From NCBI GenBank assembly GCA_965645245.1, contig OZ287072.1, forward strand, positions 1,488,001 through 1,552,000: 64,000 nucleotides of DNA, written 5' to 3'. Below, piece by piece: positions 37,816 through 51,624 of this stretch. The first letter of the stretch is position 1, and each line of letters begins with the position of its first letter. Source of the stretch: Massalongia carnosa. Its lineage: Eukaryota. Both the position numbers and the translations under genes were made by a program. The notes under the pieces are model-generated. The model did not search any database, was not told where the DNA came from, and worked only from the letters and a program-made list of their open reading frames with translations.

Positions 37816-38461
37816 CTATACATTAGACATCTTCGATCCTTTGCTCCGCACAAATTCATCGAACCAAGATCCATGGCATTCGACAGATGGCTCGAATAGG
37901 TTGTCGCCGTGTAAAGCCGCAATGGGTATTATAGAAGTATTGACGGTACTCTTATTAAACATTGACAATGCGATGATCGAGGGACTTGTATGTCTATTAG
38001 ATTTAAATCCAAATCCGTTCAGCGTAGAAGCAGCAGCTTTAACAACTGGAACGTACACTTTCTCAGACCAATTGACTGTGTGCCTGATAATGTTATTTTA
38101 GTGCTTTGAATGGGCAAGATCTTTTCAATGTTCGTATCAGCACTTATAGATGCTCGATTCGCTATTTCATTTGCCTTCTCAGCTTCGACATCAATGATAT
38201 ATATCGTATAGTCGACTGAATCAGTGATTGACGGCGATATGACATTAGCAGACGCATCTATGAAAGAAAAGCCGAATCGCTCTGACTCGAAAGACAGCTT
38301 TAGGTTGTTGTCGATGAGATAATTCACCACTTGATCGTATTTCTAGATCCCAGCTCTGTGCCCACATAATACATGAGATTGCCCATGAGTGTTGCCACTC
38401 CAACGTCACTTCCTCCTATCACTTTAATCGTCTTTGCAGGGCGATGGCTCGAGCTCGGCAT
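37816..38461 (-). pseudogene. Highly divergent eEF1A-like G-domain-only gene, frames broken
   Basis: Colinear with the eEF1A G-domain: TIKVIGGSDVGVATLMGNLMYYVG, KYDQVVNYL, LSFESERFGFSFIDAS, VDYTIYIID, VNWSEKVYVPVVKAAASTLNGFGFK, IIPIAALHGDNLFEPS...SWFD. Segments lie in different frames. Confidence 0.7.
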
Positions 38462-40897
38462 GCTTGATGTTTGATAAGCCTCCACCTGTGGCTACTGTAG
38501 TAGGGAAGGCTCCCCAAAAATTCTTTAACTCCGCAGCCAGTTCATTCAATAGTTTATAAATATAGCGACATGAGATCCCGAACAATATCGAATGCTCATT
38601 TACAGTATCCTCAAGATGACATCCTTCTTTCTCGCTGTAGGCGCTGCAAACTGAATCGAGCGCTCCAGCCTCGCTTCGCTTCGCTTAGATTCATTTTTAT
38701 ATCTCTTCGATCCTTCAGCCTTTACTATCATTTTACAAGGCGAGAAATTTCTTTTCTGGTGATTAAAGATCTATGGCACACGCGGCGGAGGGGCTTTATA
38801 TATGTTGGGTTAAATTTGATGGTCAGGGGAGTTGGTTAATTGCCTTTGGATAATCACCAAAGAAATTCTTAGAGGTTATGTTGACTAGTGTAGGATCGAG
38901 AGGACCCACGCGGTGGCAATGGCAGGTTGGGCAGAGATACCGCAGCGGCGAGAAAAGGAGCTGCCGTAACTGTTGCGGGCTGAGGGTCAACTCCGACCCA
39001 GAAGACCGTTTTGTTTTCTTTCTGTCCATCGCCAGTGATATAAATAACGCCAAGCATCACCATCCAAAGTGGGCGCCGCGGTGTAAAAGCGATGGGAAAA
39101 CGTCACGAGTCACAGAAGATGCTTAACCTTACAAGAACACAGAACCCTTCCTCTCCTAGTACAAGAGCATTCCCAAATAGAAGCCTGCGATCAAGCTCTC
39201 CCTCTCCGTATACGGTTGTTGTTTTGGGTATGCTCTTGGTATATCCATGCGAGGGGCGCTCTTGAAGCACGCCCCTCTCATCGCGTTCGTCGTTGCCCTG
39301 AAGATCTGGAGTTGGGAATTTTATATTTATAATGTGAGTGTCTTTATCTTTACCAACAGATGGCTAGTGCTTATAGTCGCTCTCTGGTAATTAATAAGCC
39401 CAAGCAATTTGGTGTTGCGGGTTTTACTAGATGCTGAATTCCTCGCTCTTGAGTTTCTATACGACCGAAATCCCTCCGGAATCCGGCTGCCTCGTCCATA
39501 AAACCACTCTCAATCAAATATCATATGTATATCAAGCCTTCATAATCAAGCCATAAAAATTTTTCTTCTATACTCACCCAAACACAAAAGCGCCTTTATG
39601 AACCCCCAGGAAATCTCCACGAAAATGAGAGAAATCATCACCAACCTACTCCCAATCCTGCTAGATATCCTCCTTAGGATGAGGCTTCCCAGGCAACTCG
39701 AGCGAAATAAGGTAAGACATCAATGAAAATAAGTAAAGATTGAACCTTGTATAAATGTAATGTGAGATCAGAATTTATTTCGAATCATGTCAGCTTGACT
39801 CCTAATCTGAGATGGAAAGTTATTGTACATTATAGGGCAATAATGTGAGACGTTTTCTTGGCAACTTTGATGATTTTTTTGTTTGATATTTATTATCGTT
39901 ATTGAGTGTTTCTATCAAGCCAAAATCGCCAGCGTCCTTCGGGCAAAACGGCACACGTCAGTGGCCACCACCGTACAGCTCAAACGAAGAGATAAGAACA
40001 TGGAAAAGTTCGGCATCGTTGCTGAAGATATGAGACATCTTCTCTCAAAACTGCTAGCTCGTCAAGATCCTAACTACTCATTTTTGAAGTAGCTTCGCGT
40101 TCTAAAGTAATGCCGTAGCTTCAGGAGAGTGTTCTTTTCAATTGTACATAGCTTTTGTTAAATGGGCTTGGTAGCTGGTCCACCCATCGTAAATCGGTCT
40201 GTGCTGTATGGTTTAATGAGGCGCCTCAGACCGCCGGGCTTCACGCGATGGCTTTATGGTCGCTGGTGGCGCCCGTTGTCTTTTACTGTTGGGTTCTCTA
40301 GTCATTGTTTCATTGTTTCATTGTATATCTGCTTCCCATTATCTTGTGAAACTCAACTTCTAGCTACTTTAGCTTTTGTTCGAGAGGCCTGATCTTTTCG
40401 GATAATAAAGAATATGTTTTGTTTTAGACTTCATTGTGTGTAATTTTAGCTTTTTGAAACAATGAGGTTTATGTATGTTGCTTCGTCAGAAGGACCGAAA
40501 TTTGGCCTAGATCTTGATGCATTAATATTACCGACATCTATGGCGAACGGGTGCATGATCTTTGGGAACGTTTGTTCCTTTAAATCATAGCGTCCTCTTG
40601 AGAGGTGAGAGGTTGTTTGGGGAAAACGCAAAATCAGGAGCAGTTCGCAAGATGCTATAGAAGCTTGGATGGGCGTCTCTCGCGCTGAGGCCGCGGTATT
40701 TTGGGCGTTACGACCGCAAAACCTCCTTTCGAGCGCCGATCCTCGATCTACCCGCGGAATCAACACATTTTCCGCTCTGAAAATCTGTCTTTCCCTTCAC
40801 ACTTTCTGAGCTCACGAGCTTTTGAGTCCTAATACTAGCGCTGATCACTGATCAGAAAAGATAAAGATTAGGGTGTAAGGTTTTCTTATAGTCGTGC

Positions 40898-40933
40898 TGC
40901 AAACAATCATGCAAACGATCATGCAAACGATCA
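40898..40933. repeat. Tandem repeat, 3 x 12 bp TGCAAAC(A/G)ATCA
   Basis: Read directly from the sequence. Confidence 0.9.
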
Positions 40934-41435
40934 TGGAAGCGTCTTTCTTTTTCTCCGAGACTCGCCGAAGAGATGTTTCCTTAGAACTCGAACCGATTCC
41001 ATAATGCAAACCTGGCTGATTTGTTGTAAGGTGTTTGTTTCCCTAATAGAAGCGCGACTTCCTTCTTATAATAAAGATCGCCGCATCGATAAACCACCAC
41101 CGGGGGGACGGCAACCAAAGAGGTTTTTGACCTCGTGGATTGTGTTTTGACAGGGTCCTTTGCTCTTTTTGCTCTGGTTATGCTTGAAAATATGCGAATT
41201 TTGCTGATTTTTCCCTCTTAAAATATATATGCCAACATATAGAAAGGTCATATAGTCCTTTAGAGCGGCAAGAGAAATAAGAAGCACCAAGGAAGATACG
41301 GATGGTCACAAATCTCAGTATATTATTAAATAGACAATATAAGAGGAAAGACCCACGAGAATCAGAGATGGAAAAGAAAAACAAAAGGATATTGTTGTGG
41401 AGAATTGGAAGCCATGTGGCGCCCCCTCATCAGGC

Positions 41436-42225
41436 TTAGCTCTCGCCTGAGACCTTCGATGCATCAGTGTCTGCCTCATCCAGATCCTGAACTATCTTAG
41501 CGATCTTCTCTATCTTCTCGTGGTCATCTTCGAATAATGGGACGATGTAGCGGAGAAGATCAATCATCCAGCTTTTTGCTCCATGAAGTCAACAAGGAAA
41601 ACGTTCCTATGTAAACGAATCTTGAATCATAACAATTCTTTTTTCAATGATCAGAAGCCGTGAAATATTTTGATTTATGTGTCGAAAGACTGTATTATCT
41701 TTAGACAAAGCATATTTTGCATAACATGAAGAAGTCCTCTATCAATATATATGTCTCTTATTGAGAGCCATCCTTCGGAAGAAGATTTGGTTTCCTCGTT
41801 CCGTTTGTATGTCTTTTCTCCAAAAAAAATCTCGTAAACTGTACACGTAAGATTAGAAATTTGCCTGGTCTCACTACAGAATTTTTTTGTAGGTTGTCGT
41901 TGCTATGACCAACTTTCGTAGTCCTTGATTTCATAGCACTTCGACATCTTCCAACCATGGGGCCAACAGTCGTTTTAGGCGATGGATGGCTGGATGAGCA
42001 CCTTAACGTCTCGCAACAGCGATAAGCCGTATCTGGAACGGCAAGGTCGCAAAATTAGTGTCTGATGTCTTCCCTGAAGATTTAGTAGAGTTCTTTCCAG
42101 TCTTTCACCAAGCCTAAGACTGCTACTATTCGCTTCAGTATCTTTGGGATCAACGTTTCTCCTTCATCTTGGTTCAACTCCTCTTTGGATTCTTGAATAA
42201 GCTTTACAAGAACTACGTGTTGCAT
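41436..42225 (-). pseudogene. Possible decayed gene of unknown family
   Basis: Helical protein-like fragments (MQHVVLVKLIQESKEELNQDEGETLIPKILKRIVAVLGLVKDWKELY*, MIDLLRYIVPLFEDDHEKIEKIAKIVQDLDE) and an intron-like GTGAG...CTAAT...ACAG. No recognised family. Confidence 0.3.
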
Positions 42226-45200
42226 TTAGGGAGGTCTCGGAGTCCCCTGCGATAGTTACTCCTATGTGTAAATGCCTGACAGTACTCTCGCCGATCTGAA
42301 AGCTTTAAATTTTACTCACTATAGCTGGTTTGAACTTGATTTAGTATTCTTCTGAAACCTCTCTCTCGAGCTTCAGATTGAAGTTTCAAATGAAAAAGGA
42401 TGAGTTGAAATTGTTTGATATATGAAAATGTATTTATAACTCTCCGCGGAGCTTCGAAGACCGCTAACAAACGCTAACCTCAGGAGCAGCCTATAGGTTT
42501 TAACTAATAACAAAGTCAAGCTAATTCCCTGCCCCAAAAGGGACTCGGCAAGCGCCAAAACTAGGGGAGGGGTTATCTGGAGTGGGACGGACCCACACAG
42601 GGACTGGAGCCCGGCGAGGCGCAGGCGAGTCCTTAAAAGTGCTCAAACCCCCTAAACCGGATTTTACGGTCTTTATGGACTCCGTAGGGGTGCTGAACCC
42701 ACATCATAGCGCCATCATATACTTCCACTCTGGCCGATTTCTTGCTTTTGGGAGCGGCTAAATCCACACGGTATCTTCCCGCCTCGACCTCCCGGAAGAC
42801 GCGATGGGTCTTGTCAAACGGGTTCTTCTTTGTCCGGGGCATTGCACCAACCAAGTTCAATAACCTTGGATCATGTAAGTAATGGAAAGATGCAAATTCG
42901 AAGTAATAATAACCTATGTTTAGTGTAAGAAATAGACAGAGGCCGTTGTTACAAAAACGAGCATCGAGGGTGAAGTTGCTGGCTTCTAGCAGCCAGAATT
43001 TCATATGACGCGGCTGACAATAAACCTTAAGTATGAGACTGCTTTTGAACTCTCGTCTCAGCGAGCACAGAAGCCAACACGACATGCGTGCCATTGGCTG
43101 ATGTCCCTGTGCACGGCCGGTGACAGTATTCTGAGGTAATCGAAAGGGATACTCCTGAAATCATGAAACACGGTAGTTGAAACATACAAGAAAGACACTG
43201 CTTTGAAGTGAAAGTGGAATATAAGAGTGTGGAAACCCAGCTGATGAAAATTTCTATACGAAGAAATGCGGCAGTGATGGTAAGTGTACTGACGGATGCA
43301 GACCCCCAAGGCCAACTGAAAAGCTCCGTTAGATCAATAAGCGGTGAAAATAGCCAAAGTTATGTCATCCCGATTTTGTGATCTTATGTAGGGGGAAGCA
43401 TCTGTACAATTGAACAATACCAAACATCTAAACAACGCTCAGACTCGGTGCTCCTGATTGGATCGAGACCCATAAATGCTCTTTTGGAGCACTTTGCGTG
43501 TTGGCTTGTAGCATTTGTATACTGTACGGTCCGGTCTAGTGGCAAAGAGGCTAGAATTGTCGTGGGCAAGACGTTTTGAACATCCCAGGCATCAGACTTC
43601 TGCCTTACGAGGGGCTATGCTGGACGTGGAGCGCGTGCTCTACGCTTAGTATATTGAATCTGGTAACTGGATAAGACACCCGGTCGATTGGCCCACCTCG
43701 TATTCTTGGACGCCCTATTTTATAGACAGAACCTTAATTCCCTTGTGGTTTTGGTCTTTCTGCAGCGATTTAATAACAAACATATCCCGGAATCACCCTG
43801 ATTTACAGAGTAAGTCTTACGGATTCATCGAGACGATTAGCCATATATGGCAGTTTATTGAAGTCTTGCGTCCCCGCCAGGCAGACAGGCTAGATTTCTC
43901 TGGGTGCTCTTTCGTAGATAACGGAACCGAGCACTACTCTAGACTTTGAAAGCGGCTGATCATTAGAGCTAAGGCTATGGATCATCCGTCCGTTGTAGCA
44001 TAAAATATCGGAGAGAAGCTCATCTTTCAAGCACGCATCCGTTGCGCCTGTCTGGGGTTCGACAAGCTAGCCAAATAGATACTCTACACATTTATCAGCG
44101 GGCCTGCATTGTCTCAACGTATACCGGTGGTGCAAAGACCCTTCTCCGTCTGGGGTTATTCGGACTTGGAAGGCTATGAGGATCTCACTCCTTTTTTATA
44201 AACGAGCTCACATTTCGAGGGCCGTCCGAGTGAGCAACGCAGTCCGCCATGTAACCCTCGTAGTCGTTCGTAGCCCATATTACTGCCATCTTCCTGGATT
44301 CTCAAAATTCCGTGAAAATAGCTGCAGGGATATACTATGTTCAAGCTTGATAAGCCAGGTTTTCCCAATAGATCTTAATATATTCGTGCTCAGAGAAACC
44401 CACGAGTATTGCAAGGAGAAGAGACGAAGAACCTTCGTTGGGTCTGGAAACAGAATTCTGTTGACACCATGCTGCTCTGGCTTCTTCCATGTATTTTTTT
44501 ATGATCATATAAAGAAAGGTCTTTACCGTGACTTTTAATAAATCTGAAACAACAAACTGGGGAAGGGATATATAAATGTGCAGTCGTATGAGGGCGTAAC
44601 AAGGGGCGGGATTTCTGCAGACAAAAGCGAGAAAGGTTATTGAGGTCAAGCAACCGTAGGGAAGAAAAAACTTGATTGCTTGAGGAAATGCAGGCTAAAG
44701 GTAGCAAAAACGCCAACACCTTTTGTCTCCCTGGTATTGACATCCGTGCCAACTACGAACCTTAAACCAATTTCTTTCGATTCCCCATCATCTGATCTTG
44801 CAAGACTTCACGATAATTGTGTGCAGCATGAGCTCGTGAAACTTCTCAAATATTTCGCATAACTGTTTCTCTGACTCAAGGCTCCTTTATTGTTTACCTT
44901 TCTTGCGATATTCCCACATAGGTTCCGCCACCAATTCCACTTCAAAAAGAAATCGAACGACAATGTCAGTAATTTGTTCTGCTGCATGTGTCTTGTGTTA
45001 TCGTTAAGCTTTCACATAAGGTCCAGCAGCAATCGGGCGTATACCGCGACGAACAGGAAAAAACATGAGTGTTGTTATGTCCATGTCTGTCTCCATGATA
45101 GCAAAATAGCCAAACGCCTCTATTTCTAGCATCTTATCCGGTCTCCAATCGAGCCTTTCAAGAAAGCTGTCTTTTTGGTATATTATGCCGAAGAACCTTT

Positions 45201-48018
45201 TTTCATGGCAACTAGACCCATCAAAGCCCGCAGTTTTGGATTGAACTAGCGGTCTAGATTGCCTCTTTCGCCCACCCGCATGTACTAAATTCTATTTGCC
45301 TTTGCCGCAGCGCCAGCCGAGATTAACAGTAAGAGGCTTGCATTATATTGGTTACCGTGAGCTTTCTTTTGGACACGGTCGTTGTGTTCGCTGCTTTCAT
45401 ATAAAGTATAGCAACTGTCCGTTAGTACTTTTAGCAAGGAAATATATTGTAGAATGAGTCGAGAGCATGAAAATGTCCATGGTCACAAGATGGCTCTACC
45501 CGTTGTAAAAGATATTTGTAGCGAGAATGAAATAAAAAACATCGCGGTCGAGCCGGGCTCTGAGACTACAGAGCGTCATATTTATCAAGGATGAAACAGG
45601 AATTCTTTCACGAATCCTAATTTTGGTAGCCAAGATCTCTCCGAATAGAAGCAGTTGAAGCACGACCTAACTAAAAGTCTGCTCGCATTTGTCTCTGCAT
45701 CTCCCCTTACGGTTTGTGAAACGAGGCTGACTTGTGCTCCAAAACCCGACTTAAGATAACGTTCGCTCTGAGCAGGATTGAACAGCGGAGAGCCTCCGGT
45801 GTTCTAGTTTTCGTCACGCAAAGCAGACAAACGTTAGGTCACGCCATTCGAGCGTCTCTCCTAAACAAAGTAGTTAATAATATACCTCGTCAAGTCTTTT
45901 GCATTTCTAAAAGCCGATAAGTGCAAGTCTCGGCCAATTCTATTTCTGGCCCTTCTCTGCACAAACTCCAAAGCTGGATCTTGCCAGCAGCAGGTCGCAG
46001 TATCGTTGAGATCTGCGAGCCTGACTCATCAACAATATAGCGACCGGGAGCTAACGCTCCCCTACCATTCTTTTTCGGAAAGAACGAAAAAAACACAAAA
46101 ATGGAACATACAAGTTTTCTTTTCTCCTTATGAGGCGTCTTGTAGAAGAGATTTAAAGCAATGATATTGATACAATTCAGACCGACCTTGCTTTTCATCT
46201 GCTAAACACTAGGCGCACCTCGACAGTTCTCTTTCAAACAATGGGCACCGCATTTGGACCCGACCAAGCGACATATTGACACCAGCGTTCAGCAAGCATT
46301 GCTTATGACTCACTCTTTAAAGGCGATACACATCATGAACGCCCCACTAAAATTCCAAGGTTTTTAAATCCACCATCTCGGAGATTCGACAATCTTAACC
46401 CGGCTTGCCAACGTGAACTGACTGAGGCATGTAATCGTTTTCTTCAAGGCCAAGGTCTTATCCAATCGTCAAGCTGCGGTGCATCTGAACGTTAAATACA
46501 CGCCATTCTCAGCCGGTGAGATATAGAAATATAACCATCAATAGACCTGTGACGAGCTTATCCGAAACTATCCAAAGCCCCCAACGGATGACTGAGAATA
46601 GTCATCCGAGTAGGAGCGGAATAAGCAAAGATCAGATTGTATAGAGATTTATATGCATGTGAATGCAGGGAAGCTTAAAGTAAGGGAAAGCAGGGCGACA
46701 ACACGGAGAGGCAGAGGGGCGACAGTGTTGTTGTTGTTGCTTGAGAGAAGAAACTCTTAGGAGGGGAAGCAGGGTATTTATACTTCACGTCAAAAAGAGG
46801 CTCCGCATTGCTGGTTTCTCATCGTCCATCTCTTCTGATTAGACTAGATGGCAACTCCATTTCTAGCGGAATTCGTAATATGTCTCGCACAGAGTGCTAC
46901 GTGCATGTTAGTGATATATAAGTGCTTGACGCCGGTCATAATTGTAAGAATTGGTTGTTGGTTGTGTCTTATAAGTCAAGAAAAGATTGTAGACGTCAGG
47001 AAGTTCAAGTGGAAAATATAGAAACTTTGTCCTCAACAGTAAAGGAGGGAAGATAAATGTCCAAGAAAATAGCTACCATTATCGAATAGCCTTTAAAGAA
47101 TATGCCCAAAGAAAGCGCAAAGGGTCGGGGATGTGTAGATACAATGGAAGGAGGATCGTGGGCGACGAAAATGAAGACGAGAATGAAGTAAGCCTTGACC
47201 CGAAATGTGAAGCTTTGATCCCACGGGACTTTACCCAAAGTGTTTTCAGATGAACAAGGAAAATCACTCTTACCATATCTCACCTCTCATCCTCTGTGGG
47301 CCAAAGCCCCTATTGGAAAATGTTTGTATTTTCCTGGTGATCCTTACCTATCGCCAACCCCTTCCAAAACATCCAAGTCAGTCCTTCTAAGTTGGCCCCC
47401 TTCCCCGCCCCGGAAACCAAACAAAAGCCGAAACCTTTAATAAGGCTAGCCCTTCCCTTCCATACATGCACGACATATCTATACAAGCTAGCCCCACACC
47501 GTTCTCATCAAAAATCAATGTAAAAAAGCCTCGCCCAGGAAAGAATCTTACAAACATCGCATCCGCCTCAAAACGAGCCTCTGCTCTTTCCACTCGAACA
47601 CCAAGCCGAACAAATGGAGCGCATGATGCGAAGATCGAAAGAGGGACTCGCCACAATAGCCGCCGCTCCCGCTCCGGTAATGCAAATGATAGGTAACGAC
47701 GGAAACAGAGCGAATGGCATAACAAATGGGGTAAAGCGCTCGAAAAACTCGGCCGCCGGAAAGAATAGTGTATCATCTTGAATGGGGTCCCAGCCAAAAT
47801 AAAATAGAATAACTGAAGCCATGCCAGGTTTTACCTTCCTTTTCATTCCACCGACCCACAAGCGCAAAAGATGCCGAATAAAAATTCCAAGAATTCCACC
47901 ATGAGGGATCCAGTGCCGATAACTTTCCGAACGCCGCAGCGTTATCATTTATGCCCATGAAGTAACCGGTCAATAGGAACTCGTTCCGTAACTTCTTTCC
48001 AGAGTTTGGGGGACTGTA

Positions 48019-50521
48019 TTACCACCCTTTCTTTCGGGCGAAGCGTTTATTCAGTAACGCGAGAACTTTTGGAACGTTGAAATGCACGTATTCAAGGTCT
48101 AGCGCTTCTTGATTGTCCTTTTGCATTTCAAGAAGGTCGTCTAGTTTTAGATCTAATTCCAGTAGACCTCGATTACGACCTAGTGATTCAATATCATCAG
48201 TTTTGTAGAACTAGGTTTTCGATGCTGATGACTTACCTTTGTAGTGGAGACTAATAACGAATGTTCCGGGCAAGGGGCTCGTGAAGTTAAAGTAAATGTT
48301 CGCCCGTCGGTTTTCTGGAACATTGCTTCTTTGTATGACACCCTCTTTTTCCAACTGCTGATGCGAGAACTTATAAGGCCCCAGCACCTGCTGCTTCTGT
48401 TGCTTTCTGGATTTGCCTTCAGACTGGCTTCGTACATTGTGTAAGTACGATTTGTAGGTTTCGAGCTGCCCGACTAAGTAGGTGTTGTGGTCACGAATCG
48501 TCCGAAACACTTCCTCTAATTTCTTTGTCTCCTCTGTGACTTTCTCTTTCAGAGAACCTAAGTGCACCAACTCCTGCTCCACCTCATCACGAAGGAGACC
48601 AAACTGGTCGGACTTGTCAATCACGCCAAGTTCTTGGAGTTGACTCAGAAGCTCCATGCTTCTAATACCCTTTCTCACCATGATGGCATCGTTCTTAAGA
48701 GTCGCTGCAGCCTCAGCAACCCGGTCTAGCCGGAGAGGTCTCCTCGACACTGAGGAGCTCTGCGGCAATGATCTCATGATTTGCACAAATGTAGCCTTCG
48801 CCTCCATAAAGTAGACCTCCTCTTGTGTGATATCAAGCGCTGCTGTTAGATCATCAATTGCGGTCTCCCATTTGCTAAACAAAGGCAAGTTGATGGCCCG
48901 ATTCTCTTTTCGAGGTAGCTGCGCCGGTGCCGGACCAAGCTCCTGCAGTATTAAATTGAGATGGGAGTTATCGTCTTTTGCTAAGGCAGCACTATGTTTT
49001 TCAAGCAACGAGTGTGTAGCATAAACCTCGTTTAGGGTGATTGACAGCTCCAAATCCTTCTTCGAGAGCGCAACATAATTATCCATTTCCAAGCTCTCGT
49101 AGAAGTCCTGCACCTCGCAGAGATCTAGCATGAATTTGTTCACGCGCTCCTTGTTTTGGTGGATAAAGGGCTGAAGCTTGGCCATGTAGGGCTCTTTCGC
49201 GTAGGAGGGCTTGTTGGCGAGGTTTTGAAGCATTTTTGCAATTAACGTTAATGTCCTCCTTGGATGGTCCGCCGGTGTACCTTCAATGAGCATGTAAGAC
49301 CTTGGCGTGACAATTGCGGGATTAATAAATCGAAGGAAGAAGAAGCCTCCAATTAGGGTGCAGATGGTCTGATCTTGGGCGTCAGGATACTTTCGCTTTG
49401 ATAAGCTTCTGATCTGCTTGCAAATCCACCGTATGCCATAAGGCGTCTCTTCAAGCCCCTCGATGATGGTCTCCAAGAAGGTAGTTGCAATCTCCATTAA
49501 CATCGTCAACCTTGGAGCAATGATCGCCTGTACTTGTTTGTTCTCCGCTGCTTGTTCGGCCGTTACGCCTTTGGGAAGGGACAGCGGAACATCCCCAGTA
49601 TCCTCCTGGATTTGCTCAATCATCCGCCCATACACCTTGAGTGGATTGATCTCCAAATCCACCTCCTTTAACTCGATCAAAGCGTTGATTTTGTGCTGCA
49701 AGACCACCTTCAGATAGCTTTGACCTGGACCTCTTCTGGTATAAGTTGTCATCATACGTGAAACAGGTGTATTGGCTCGGAGCAGTGAAGAGTATTCAGG
49801 TGTGTTGTCGAATTGATAAGTCAGAACGGATTGGAACATTGTCAGCAGCAGATGCTCCTCTCGACTCTCATATTGATTTCCGTATATTGTGAACATCACC
49901 GTTTGGAGCAATGAATCGATCTCCGTCATGGTGACGAGACGACAGAGATGTGCAATATGTCGTGGTTCTGATTGGAGCAGGAAAAGAAGATTGCCGTATT
50001 TTTGGGTCTTCTCGTCATTAGGGAAGAACCCTTCTTGAAGATCCGCACTATCTTCGAGATGGTTCGCTACCTCATTTTGCTGCTTAGATGTTAGCCATAC
50101 CGCATGATGCTAAGGAGCCGGGGGATGAGTACTTCCTCCAAAGCCATCCGATTCTGAATCAGCAAGGCTATCCTCGAATCCAGGTATCGCACATCCTTCT
50201 CCAGCACGAAGTTCTTCTTCGATTGACTTGAGATCTTCGCTTTGTAATCGCGCTGGATCTTTTGGGCTGCGTAGACGGTCAGCCTCAGTCACCTGGAACC
50301 ACTATGCTAATGTACCCACCCCGAGCTAGATCGTCTTCTATCTCCAAATCTTTCTCCTTTGCGGACATAGATAGATAGAGCGCGGTGGAGTATCTCTTCG
50401 ATTGCCTTGCCGATCGTCCATCGTGTGACGACACGGTGTTCTGGCGGGAAATTGGCACAAATGAGGACGAAGAGGAGGTTGATGCCCTGGAAATCTGCGG
50501 CATAAAGGTGGCTACGGACAT
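48019..50521 (-). CDS. gapA: Ras GTPase-activating protein (GapA/Sar1-Gap1 type, RasGAP + RasGAP_C)
   Basis: SLLRANT arginine finger, [26 protein letters not shown]. Spliced 5' exons start MSVATFMPQ. The last exon follows an intron at ~48237-48180 and ends RFARKKGW*. Confidence 0.92.
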
Positions 50522-51596
50522 GATGTCTCGGAAGTGCAACGCACCAGGATTCCGGGACGGAGCCTAGCCGACAGGGAAACCCAGATTTACCAAAGGTGCG
50601 GCGATGAAGCTTTGGGACCCACGTACACTTTGTGCTTCTTGTACGTTTGTTTAGCGGATTGAAACGGTTGCAGACCTCCCACTCTACAGTTAAATCTTGC
50701 GTGCAACAAGGTTGCCGGACCAGCCGTGCAGTATTGCGGCCGGGGCTCGGATGTTTTGGGATGCGAAAGACCTTGCCGATGTCTTATTGGAATCAGGAGG
50801 TACAGCGGCCCCTTGACATTTGTTTGGTTATGGTGTGGGAGCCGTGTTCGATGCTCGCCGCAGCTGTCGTTGTTACGGGTGGAGTACTCGTGGCTCAGGA
50901 TGCCGACTGCGGGAAAGTGGGGGTGGGTGCCTTGGCGACAGAGAGATAAGATCGAGTTTGTTCAGCAGGCAGGGTCGCTTGGACAAGCGCAATGATCTCA
51001 ATGGCTCTGGAGAGTAGATATCGTAACGTCTATTCGCGGTCGAGGATGATGGGTGATGAGAGTTGGCAGGTACGGTATTGCGCAAGATCACTCCAGCTAT
51101 GCAATCAACCTTTGTCAACGAGAGAAACGGAAGTGGGACGAAGGAGAGTAGGGGTAGGAGGTTAACTAGTTGATGAGGGTTGATGAGGGTAAACGAGCGA
51201 AATGAGGGTATTCTGTACTCTGTGCTCGTACGATTAGGTAGATACCTTGGCAGTTAATGCACGGATGGATGAGCCGTTAAGGGTCATGAAAGCGACCATC
51301 TTTCTGTCGCGGGGAACTAACGACGCAAGGGACAAGAACAAGATGCACGCAAGGGCGAGGCGAGAGAAGACAAGAGAAGGAGGTGGGGGAAAGAGCTTGG
51401 GGGGGTTGAGCAACCTACCTCGGCATATGTCACACACACCACTCCCCTTTTCTTTCCCCCTTTTCTATCCCCTTTCTCGCTCTCCCTCCTTCGCTCCTAA
51501 GCCGAACAGGGGGGAAATCAAACAAGGGCAAGGGGGTAACGGCAGCGAGCAGGCGGATGGACATCAATTCAGACTCGGGCGTTCGTCAAGCAACTT

Positions 51597-51624
51597 TTGA
51601 TTGATTGATTGATTGATTGATTGA
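51597..51624. repeat. (TTGA)7 microsatellite
   Basis: Read directly from the sequence. Confidence 0.95.

Noticed and set aside
41405..41455. Hammerhead-like CTGATGAG next to a hairpin on the - strand
   Set aside because: No GAAA after a stem II and no stem III or cleavage triplet.
14000..47900. Starship-type giant transposon as the explanation for the accessory region
   Set aside because: No tyrosine-recombinase (DUF3435 captain) ORF or relic and no convincing terminal repeats were seen; cargo-like genes alone are insufficient.
50873..51118. Upstream ORF with RSLRLSKR resembling Ras[11 protein letters not shown], as an alternative first exon
   Set aside because: No ATG start or clear splice donor; the similarity is too short.
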